DNA of 64,000 nt, taken from positions 10,243-74,242 of the forward strand of contig CAZXCQ010000001.1 of assembly GCA_964639275.1 (NCBI GenBank). Reading direction: 5' to 3'. The position numbers were made by a program, and so were the translations under genes. A model generated the notes under the pieces. It searched no databases and was not told the origin of the DNA. It saw only the letters and a program-made list of their open reading frames with translations. Below are positions 18,645-25,627 of the stretch, in pieces; the first letter of the stretch is position 1; the number at the start of each line of letters is the position of its first letter. Source of the DNA: an uncultured Desulfobacteraceae bacterium. GTDB lineage: Bacteria > Desulfobacterota > DSM-4660 > Desulfatiglandales > Desulfatiglandaceae.

Positions 18645-20252
18645 ATGAAGAAATGGATATTACCGTTTACATTTATATTGATCATGTTGCTGGCCCTGTA
18701 TCCCGAGAATTCTCAGGCCCAGATCGATTTAGAGAAGGAGCGTGAGGCCCGCTACGACATCAACTATGCCAGCTACCTCATCGAGGTGGGCAAATATATG
18801 GAGGCCCTTGAAAATTATGAGACCGCCCTTGAACTCACCTCGATCGAAAAGACCCGGATAGACGCCCTCCTCGCCAAGGCCACGCTCTTATCGGCCTTTC
18901 TGGATGCCCCTGAAGAGGCCCTCAAGGTCTACAGGGAGATCTACCAGAAATATCCCCAGGCAGCGGAGATTGCCCGGTACAGGGAAGGCCTTCTGCTTTT
19001 CGATTTGAACCGCCCGGATGAGGCCAAGAAGGTCCTTGAGGACTATCTGTCAGAATACCCACTTGGAAGGTTTCGATTCCAGTCTGAAGCCCTCCTGGAG
19101 CAGATCAAGAGGATGCCTCCTCCACCGCCGCCACCACCACCCCCGCCACCGCCCCCGGTGGTAAAACCGCCCATGGTGAAGCCCCCGGTCGTAAAACCAC
19201 CCGTTGTAAAACCGCCGGTGGTAGAAAAGCCAGAGGTCCGGGTTCGGTTGTGCAAGACAACAGAAGCGGTCACCATAAAGGGCTCTCCGGTATGTGTGGA
19301 AGGGCTGGGTTGCAAGACAAGGTTTGCGGTCAGGGGCTCTGATGGCGAAATATCCATTGACGGTAGCCCGGTGAACCAGGGAAAGGTCTTTTTTGATGGT
19401 AAGGATCCCCTTGAGATAGACTGCGGGAAAAAGAGAAAGAAGGTCCGTGGCCGGCTCATGGCAACGGTAAAGGGGGGGAAGCTTTACATCATCAATTATG
19501 TGGACATAGAGGATTATCTCAAGTCTGTGGTTCCCTCTGAGTCATACTCCTCCTGGCCGCTCGAGACCCTCAAGGCCCAGGCCGTTGCCGCACGCACCTA
19601 TGCCTACTATCAGCTCCTCCACCGAAAAGACTGGGATTATGACCTTGTGGACGATGAAGGCGATCAGGCCTACAAAGGAATAAAAAGGGAGCGCCCCAAT
19701 TCCACCCAGGCAGTCAATGAGACGAGCGGGAGAATCCTCAGCTACCAGGAAAAACCCATACTCGCCATGTACAGTGCCAACAGCGGGGGATATACCGCAG
19801 ATGCCAAGTCCATATTCAGTCTCCACAAACCCTATCTGGTGGCACATCCCGACCCCGAGAGCCTCAAGGGCAAGATGGCGTACTGGACCAGGAAGTTTTC
19901 TGCCTCCCAAATCGAAGCGGCCCTGAAAAAAAGAGGCATCGAGGTAAGCGGGCTCCAGAGGATCGAACCCGCGGAGAGGGGAGAATCCGGCCGGATTATA
20001 AAGGCCCGTATCATCGATGACAAAGGGAGCAAGACACTCCGCACCCGAACCACGCTCCGCAGGGCGCTCAATTTACCGGAGATCCTCCTGGAGATCAAAC
20101 GCAAAAACGATCATTTCATATTTAACGGTCGTGGATGGGGACATGGGGTCGGCTATTCCCAGTGGGGGTCTGCCATCCTCGGAAAAAACACAACCTACGA
20201 TCGAATACTTTCATTCTATTATCCGAATGCCTCCCTTGAGAAGAAATGGTAG
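18645..20252 (+). CDS. SpoIID/LytB domain protein with an N-terminal TPR region and a TonB-like poly-Pro/(VVKPP)n spacer
   Basis: Signal peptide present. P14 followed by VVKPPMVKPPVVKPPVVKPPVV (nt 19116-19223). SpoIID signature: VVPSE...WPLETLKAQAVAARTYA...DQAYKG...A.Y.ANSGGYT. Confidence 0.85.
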   Translation: MKKWILPFTFILIMLLALYPENSQAQIDLEKEREARYDINYASYLIEVGKYMEALENYETALELTSIEKTRIDALLAKATLLSAFLDAPEEALKVYREIYQKYPQAAEIARYREGLLLFDLNRPDEAKKVLEDYLSEYPLGRFRFQSEALLEQIKRMPPPPPPPPPPPPPPVVKPPMVKPPVVKPPVVKPPVVEKPEVRVRLCKTTEAVTIKGSPVCVEGLGCKTRFAVRGSDGEISIDGSPVNQGKVFFDGKDPLEIDCGKKRKKVRGRLMATVKGGKLYIINYVDIEDYLKSVVPSESYSSWPLETLKAQAVAARTYAYYQLLHRKDWDYDLVDDEGDQAYKGIKRERPNSTQAVNETSGRILSYQEKPILAMYSANSGGYTADAKSIFSLHKPYLVAHPDPESLKGKMAYWTRKFSASQIEAALKKRGIEVSGLQRIEPAERGESGRIIKARIIDDKGSKTLRTRTTLRRALNLPEILLEIKRKNDHFIFNGRGWGHGVGYSQWGSAILGKNTTYDRILSFYYPNASLEKKW

Positions 20253-20264
20253 GTAGGGATAGGA

Positions 20265-21869
20265 GTGTGTAAAAAAATGGCCATAACCGAGAGAAGAAAA
20301 AAGGTCTCCTTGGCGATCTCATTATTGGGGTTCATCGTGGCCTTAAGTATGATCGTTGCCTCAGCGGTCTTTGCCCAAACCTATGACTTTGATCAAGGGA
20401 TTGAAGTCCTTTCCGAAGGTCTTATTTCCAAAAAGGAAGAGGCATTAAAGAATAAGAAGATAGCGGTCTTTGGGATAATTGATAGCAAGTCAAAGGAAAG
20501 ATTCGAAATCTCACCCCATATCGAAGACGGCATTATCGACTTGCTCGTAAACAAGGGGTATATGGTCATCGAGAGGAGACGGATCGAGGATGTTATCAAA
20601 AAGGAAATCAAAAAGGGCACGGATTGGTGGTTTGATGAGGCCCAGGCTGCGCAATTCGGCAGGCTCGTGGGAGCGGATATCATTATCACCGGACGCTATG
20701 TTCGGTGGGGACGCAGCATGCTTAAGGTTAGCATCAGGGCAATCAGTGTGGGTGATGGAAAGATCATTGCAGCGAACTCCGTTAAGGTCCTCACAGACAG
20801 GATTGCAGATCTATTAAAACCCGAAAAGAAGCGCCAACAAGTCGATGCGGTTGCCCCTGAAAAGACCCTTTCGATCGTACAGGACACCATCGAAAACAAG
20901 GCCCACAAGCTGGCAGTAGATGTAATTTCAGACCAGAAAAACCTGCGGATCTATATCAAACCGATCGTGGAGGGAAACGACAGATACGTGAGCGATTTCT
21001 CAAACTCTTTTACATCCAGGGTCAAATCCGAGATTATCAGGCTTCATAAAGATGTTGAGGTGATAGACGAAAAACCGATTTACAAAAGGCTCTCAAATAC
21101 CAGGGGCATAAAGAAAAAGGCAAAGACAGTCAAAAACCTCAAGACCTCTGATGCCTTTTTTGTCGATGCAAACGCGGTCCTGGAAGGCAATTGTTTTGAC
21201 CGGGGAGAAAGCGTTACCGTGGATCTCTATCTGAAAGACCTGGCCGGAAAGGTCTTGAATTCATCCACAGTCGATATCGACAAGTCTCTTATCAAAGCAA
21301 GCCTTGAGAACAAGCAAGCAAAGATGCTGGCAGACCTGGCAGATGTCTTATCAGAAGAGGGGGCTTCCAAGGTCAAGATATCCACCACAAAGGGCGGGGA
21401 TTATCCGGTCTATTACCGGGGGGAGAAGATCAAATTTCACATCCAGGTGGCTGGTCCTCTTTATGTCTATATGTACGACATCAACTCAAGGGGTGAAGTT
21501 ACCCTCCTTTATCCCTATGAAAAGAACAGTATACAACAAAAACTGATGCCTGGCAGGCTCTATACCATCCCCTCTGAAACCGATAATTTTGAGCTTGAGG
21601 TCGAGCCCCCTTTTGGGATGGATGCCGTAAAGATCTTTGCAAGCACTGCGGAATTACCCATCCCTGAATTGACCCCAAGCGTGGGCACCAGAAGCTACAC
21701 CGGTAATACGCGCGCCATCGTCAAGAAAAGAAAGGAGATACAGGAAGGGCTCTCTCGAATGAAGAGCATCAATCCCAGAGACCTGGTCGATTATTACAGA
21801 GGCGTGGTTGGGCGATTCGGCGCAAAACTTTACGAAGACAGCCTCATGCTGGAAACCAGGGCCGAGTGA
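20265..21869 (+). CDS. Exported protein with a CsgG/FlgO-like N-domain and a C-terminal DUF4384-like domain
   Basis: KIAVFGIID......IEDGIIDLLVNKGYMVIERRRIEDVIKKE...FGRLVGADIIITG resembles the CsgG/FlgO/LpoB-type fold. The C-terminus (YYRGEKIKFHIQVAGPLYVYMYDINSRGEVTLLYP...) resembles DUF4384. An alternative start is ATG 20277. Confidence 0.6.
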   Translation: MCKKMAITERRKKVSLAISLLGFIVALSMIVASAVFAQTYDFDQGIEVLSEGLISKKEEALKNKKIAVFGIIDSKSKERFEISPHIEDGIIDLLVNKGYMVIERRRIEDVIKKEIKKGTDWWFDEAQAAQFGRLVGADIIITGRYVRWGRSMLKVSIRAISVGDGKIIAANSVKVLTDRIADLLKPEKKRQQVDAVAPEKTLSIVQDTIENKAHKLAVDVISDQKNLRIYIKPIVEGNDRYVSDFSNSFTSRVKSEIIRLHKDVEVIDEKPIYKRLSNTRGIKKKAKTVKNLKTSDAFFVDANAVLEGNCFDRGESVTVDLYLKDLAGKVLNSSTVDIDKSLIKASLENKQAKMLADLADVLSEEGASKVKISTTKGGDYPVYYRGEKIKFHIQVAGPLYVYMYDINSRGEVTLLYPYEKNSIQQKLMPGRLYTIPSETDNFELEVEPPFGMDAVKIFASTAELPIPELTPSVGTRSYTGNTRAIVKKRKEIQEGLSRMKSINPRDLVDYYRGVVGRFGAKLYEDSLMLETRAE

Positions 21870-21955
21870 GTTGTTACTCTCCGCAGACAAATTTCAGATA
21901 ACCCGTCGATTTCAAAATGGAGTTGCCCTTCCCAGTCGAAAAACAATCCGGCAGG
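21774..21955 (+). repeat. Direct repeat copy A (last ~32 codons of the DUF4384 gene plus ~85 nt downstream)
   Basis: Aligns over ~182 nt with 24316-24497 with scattered substitutions. For example, gttgttactctccgca.acaaatttcaga.aacccgtcgat.tcaaaatggagttgcccttcccag is shared. Confidence 0.9.
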
Positions 21956-22071
21956 AGTAGGTCTTTGGTCAATCTGAAACCCAACGCTATCATTCAAAAA
22001 GCTTCGTATGTAAGCGTTTTTCCAAAAAACTTCAGAGAATATTTTTCATCGACTCACGGGGGGGCGGAGAG

Positions 22072-24306
22072 ATGAAAAGGCTCAAGGCTATCGCTATTGT
22101 TTGGATAACCGTCTGGTTGGTCTTATTTGGGGGAAACGCCGATGCGGAACGTGGCATCAGGGTAAAGAAGATCGATGATCTTAGCCATGGAAGTGGAAAA
22201 GTAGGGGCATATAAGGCACTGATCATCGGAATTAACGATTATGAAGGTCCGGAGATTCCTGATCTTAAAACGGCTATAAACGATGCGAAGGCCATGGCCA
22301 GGGTTCTTAAAAAGAAATACGGATTCAAAGTTACCCTTCTTCTGGACCGCGAAGCTACTAGAGAAGCTATATACAAGGGCCTACGGAGCTTGGCGGTATC
22401 GGCAAAGCCAAATGACAGCGTATTGATCTATTTTGCCGGTCATGGAGATCTTGATCGAACATTCGATGGTGGATGGTGGATTCCGGCGGACGCTATGGGC
22501 GGAAACCCTGCAACGTATCTTGACAATGTTCAGGTGCAAAAAGTTACGCGGAGTACGAAGGCCCGGCATGTCTTGCTGATTTCAGATTCCTGTTATTCGG
22601 GCACACTTTTTGGAGAGGCCCGGAGTATGCCTCCCGTAACTGATGATAAATATTATCTAAGCCTTTACAACGAAAAGAGCCGGTGGGGATTAACCTCGGG
22701 CAACAAAACACCTGTGTCTGATAAAGGCAGTGGTGGTCACAGCGTATTTGCCTACCAACTCATCAAGGAGTTGGAGAGAAGCGATAAACCTTTCATTAGC
22801 ATCCAAGAAATCTACACCCGGATAGCACCTGTTATCGCAAATAATTCGGAGCAAACACCACGCTGCAGTCCCATACTGAATGCCGGGGATCAAGGCGGGC
22901 AATTTGTGTTTATGGCATCTGTGAAAAAAGAGGAGGTAATAACCAAAGAGCCACCGCCAACTATTCCCAAAGTTCAAAAAAACGGGATTGATAAGGAAAT
23001 GCTTTTTTGGCAATCCATTCAAGACAGTGATGATCCAGCCCTATTTGAGGAGTATCTTAAGGCGTTTCGAAACGGAATTTTTGTCCCCATTGCCAAAAGC
23101 AAGATTAAGGCCCTTAAGCAAAAAAAGGTAGTTGCCTCTATTCCACCTGAGGTTACAAAATCCAGGCTATTTGTGGAAGTCAAGCCGGAAAATGCAAGGG
23201 TGAGGATCCTCAACATCAGGCCGAAGTTTCATCAGGGAATGGAACTTGATCCGGGTAGATACCATGTGGAGGCCTCGGATGATGGTTACGAGACAAAAAA
23301 GATGTGGGTAAAGCTGGAAGCTGGGAAGGATGAGACCTTTCGTGTCAGTCTTGAGCAGAAGGCCGCCCCGCCCAGAAGCACTCCAACCAAATACCTGGAG
23401 GCCGAAAAGCAGCAGACCCAAATGGCCAGCCTCCCATTGAAACCGAAGTATTCTCCTCCGGTGTCAGCATCTGAGGAGATTGAACGGGACGGGATATATA
23501 TCGCCTACGCCAACGGAATTGTGCGGGACACGAGCACGGGGCTTGAGTGGATTGCGGGGCAAGATAAAGACACAAATTGGCACGAAGCCAAGTCCTGGGT
23601 GGAGAGCTTGAATATTGATGGAGGTGGATGGCGAATGCCCACCGCGGACGAACTGGCTGGTCTTTTCAAGAAAGGGGCTGGAACTCGGAATATGACCCCT
23701 CTCTTGAAAACCACTGGACATTGGGTGTGGTCGGGACAGACCAAAGATTCGTCGTCGGCTTTGCTCTTTGCATTCGACACCGGAGGCGGTATGTACTGGC
23801 CTTACATCTACAGTTCCTCCTTCAGCAGGGCGTTTGCGGTGCGCTCCAGAAGCAAGGGGTACAAGGTCGCTAGCATCCCATCAAAACCAAAATACTCCTC
23901 TACACCCGGCAAATCTAGGGTGTTGACCGAGAGCCAGTTAAGGATTTTGGAAGATGAGCGAGAAAAAAGCATACGACATTGGCAAGAGTATAACAAGAAA
24001 AAGGGCATTAAGATCGCTTTACCCGAACTGGCTTCAACTCCATGCTTATTTTATTTAGAAAGGGAAAAGGGAGTTCTAGCACTTAGGCCTGAATTGTCAA
24101 CTCAAGAGGCTAAGAATATCTACAAAGATTTTGTGAAAAAAAAGCTAGGCATAAATCATGTGAATTTTGTCTTACTTCCATTTCGAGAGGTTCCGGATGC
24201 AATACGATCAGGCGTAATAAACGGTGTAATTACTACTATTGTTCCTCACATAAAGAAGCTCAAAGAGGACTTTCCTGAAGGCAAAATATTCGACTTGGGT
24301 AACTGA
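22072..24306 (+). CDS. Exported caspase-family (peptidase C14) protein with PEGA-like and DUF1566 (Lcl C-terminal)-like domains and a low-GC tail
   Basis: Signal peptide present. The dyad context is YFAGHGD and ISDSCYSGT. The FW.SI...DDPALFEEYL motif is present. RLFVEVKPENARVRIL...YHVEASDDGYE resembles PEGA. DTSTGLEWIAGQD...W.EA..WV..LN..GGGWRMPT..EL resembles DUF1566. Confidence 0.85.
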   Translation: MKRLKAIAIVWITVWLVLFGGNADAERGIRVKKIDDLSHGSGKVGAYKALIIGINDYEGPEIPDLKTAINDAKAMARVLKKKYGFKVTLLLDREATREAIYKGLRSLAVSAKPNDSVLIYFAGHGDLDRTFDGGWWIPADAMGGNPATYLDNVQVQKVTRSTKARHVLLISDSCYSGTLFGEARSMPPVTDDKYYLSLYNEKSRWGLTSGNKTPVSDKGSGGHSVFAYQLIKELERSDKPFISIQEIYTRIAPVIANNSEQTPRCSPILNAGDQGGQFVFMASVKKEEVITKEPPPTIPKVQKNGIDKEMLFWQSIQDSDDPALFEEYLKAFRNGIFVPIAKSKIKALKQKKVVASIPPEVTKSRLFVEVKPENARVRILNIRPKFHQGMELDPGRYHVEASDDGYETKKMWVKLEAGKDETFRVSLEQKAAPPRSTPTKYLEAEKQQTQMASLPLKPKYSPPVSASEEIERDGIYIAYANGIVRDTSTGLEWIAGQDKDTNWHEAKSWVESLNIDGGGWRMPTADELAGLFKKGAGTRNMTPLLKTTGHWVWSGQTKDSSSALLFAFDTGGGMYWPYIYSSSFSRAFAVRSRSKGYKVASIPSKPKYSSTPGKSRVLTESQLRILEDEREKSIRHWQEYNKKKGIKIALPELASTPCLFYLEREKGVLALRPELSTQEAKNIYKDFVKKKLGINHVNFVLLPFREVPDAIRSGVINGVITTIVPHIKKLKEDFPEGKIFDLGN

Positions 24307-24315
24307 TAACCAGTC

Positions 24316-24497
24316 CCCAGAGGTCTTGTCGATTACTACCGAGGGGTGGTTGGAAGATTCTGCGTAAAGCTTTACGAGGGCAGCCTCATGCTTGAAACCA
24401 GGGCCCAGTGAGTTGTTACTCTCCGCACACAAATTTCAGAAAACCCGTCGATATCAAAATGGAGTTGCCCTTCCCAGCCCAAAACAAATCTGGCAGG
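24316..24497 (+). repeat. Direct repeat copy B
   Basis: See copy A. It lies 2542 nt downstream in the same orientation. Confidence 0.9.
24331..24411 (+). pseudogene. Orphan 3' tail of a DUF4384-type gene (26 codons plus stop)
   Basis: Translates to DYYRGVVGRFCVKLYEGSLMLETRAQ*, compared with DYYRGVVGRFGAKLYEDSLMLETRAE* at the end of 20265-21869. It has no start codon and follows the TGA-TAA double stop of the caspase gene in the same frame. Confidence 0.75.
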
Positions 24498-24586
24498 GGA
24501 TATGTCTGGTGTGACCCATTTTGTGTATTGTCAGATGTTAATTTTTGCCCTCCTTTTTCACAAAAGGCTTGGCCCCTTTTACACGC

Positions 24587-24997
24587 TTACTTGTCAGTCA
24601 GCCAGATTACAGTTACAAGATCTTTGACCAATTCAAATTCCGGATCATTGGTGAAAATCCGGGCATTTGACCGCTGTGCTGTCGCTATACAGAAAGCATC
24701 GGCGTACGAAACAGCATACTCAGATTTGATTTCCGCTACTTCCTTGACCAGTTTTTCGTTTACAGGAAGTACGCTTACAGGGAGCTGCTCTAAAAGAACA
24801 AGTGCCTCTTCAGCCTTGCGCTTACCCACTCTTCTCTTAATGATATAATAAAACTCACCCCAGTTTATCAGGCTAAGAAGGGCCTTCTGCCCAGAAGAAG
24901 ATAGTTCATAAAAAGCCTTTCTCATTTTCTCCCATCCCGGCTCTTTATGAAAAAAACTTACCAGAGCAAAGCTATCAAGGACGATCGTTCCGTTCAT
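24587..24997 (-). CDS. vapC: Type II toxin, PIN domain (VapC family)
   Basis: PIN-like acidic residues are present (VLDSFALV..., ...SYADAFCIATA..., FTNDPEF). It sits immediately downstream of, and overlaps, an AbrB/SpoVT-type antitoxin gene. Confidence 0.85.
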   Translation of the reverse strand: MNGTIVLDSFALVSFFHKEPGWEKMRKAFYELSSSGQKALLSLINWGEFYYIIKRRVGKRKAEEALVLLEQLPVSVLPVNEKLVKEVAEIKSEYAVSYADAFCIATAQRSNARIFTNDPEFELVKDLVTVIWLTDK

Positions 24998-25223
24998 TGT
25001 CTAACTCTTTTTGATGCTCTTTAATCAAGTCATCTGTAAAAGAAAAGTCCCCCTCCAAAAATCCACAGGCAGCTGCGATCGGGTCTTCAGGGGCTGGTTT
25101 GACAACAATGCTATCAGGTTCCTCCAAGATATGAACATTTGAACCAGGCTTAACACCGTATTTCTCTCTGATTGCCTTTGGTATCAGGACCTGCCCTTTT
25201 TGTGATACCTGTACAACTGTCAT
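24975..25223 (-). CDS. AbrB/MazE/SpoVT family antitoxin (VapB-like)
   Basis: MTVVQVSQKGQVLIPKAIREKYGVKPGSNVHI matches the swapped-hairpin AbrB motif. I place the start at the internal ATG at 25223. Confidence 0.8.
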   Translation of the reverse strand: MTVVQVSQKGQVLIPKAIREKYGVKPGSNVHILEEPDSIVVKPAPEDPIAAACGFLEGDFSFTDDLIKEHQKELDNERNDRP

Positions 25224-25394
25224 CTTTTTTTCTCCCTTTTTTAGTTTAAGTCTAACTTTACCTTTGGAAGTTGTCAAGTAGAAATGGGATCAGCCTAACA
25301 AAATGAAATGACACCGCTTAGTACTACAGCAACACTTTTCAGGTAACCATTTGAAATTTAATATAAAACATGCCGATGGTCCCTTTACGGCGTC

Positions 25395-25467
25395 ATTCCG
25401 GCGAAAGCCGGAATCCAGTATTATCTTGACGTCCACAGTGTTCCTGGATGCCCGCCTTCGCGGGCAT
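25395..25467. repeat. Two 8-bp-stem tetraloop hairpins (REP-like palindromic units)
   Basis: ATTCCGGC-GAAA-GCCGGAAT at 25395-25414 and ATGCCCGC-CTTC-GCGGGCAT at 25448-25467. Confidence 0.6.
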
Positions 25468-25538
25468 GACATGCATAATAAGCGCAAAGTGTCGCTGCAG
25501 TATTAGGGCTCACGCACAATGATCACGCCTGGTGTTTC

Positions 25539-25567
25539 TTGACACAGAAAGGGTCTTGTTTTATGCT
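25539..25567 (+). promoter_or_regulatory. Sigma70-like promoter candidate (TTGACA-N17-TATGCT)
   Basis: TTGACA at 25539-25544 and TATGCT at 25562-25567, ~60 nt upstream of ATG 25628. Confidence 0.4.
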
Positions 25568-25627
25568 CTTTTTGTTCAAGGCTGACAAACCAGACAACAA
25601 CCACTCTTTTACGGAAGGAGTTTGGGG

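Noticed and set aside
19116-19223. The highly repetitive CCN/GTN-AAA-CCN nucleotide tract could be a VNTR or non-coding repeat.
   Set aside because: It is in frame within the SpoIID-domain gene and encodes poly-Pro plus VVKPP units. It is reported as a protein linker, not as a separate DNA element.
25290-25487. 65-aa minus-strand ORF between the antitoxin gene and the DUF4139-like gene.
   Set aside because: It consists of the translation of two palindromic tetraloop hairpins. It has no RBS, and the pattern is typical of a repeat-derived false ORF.
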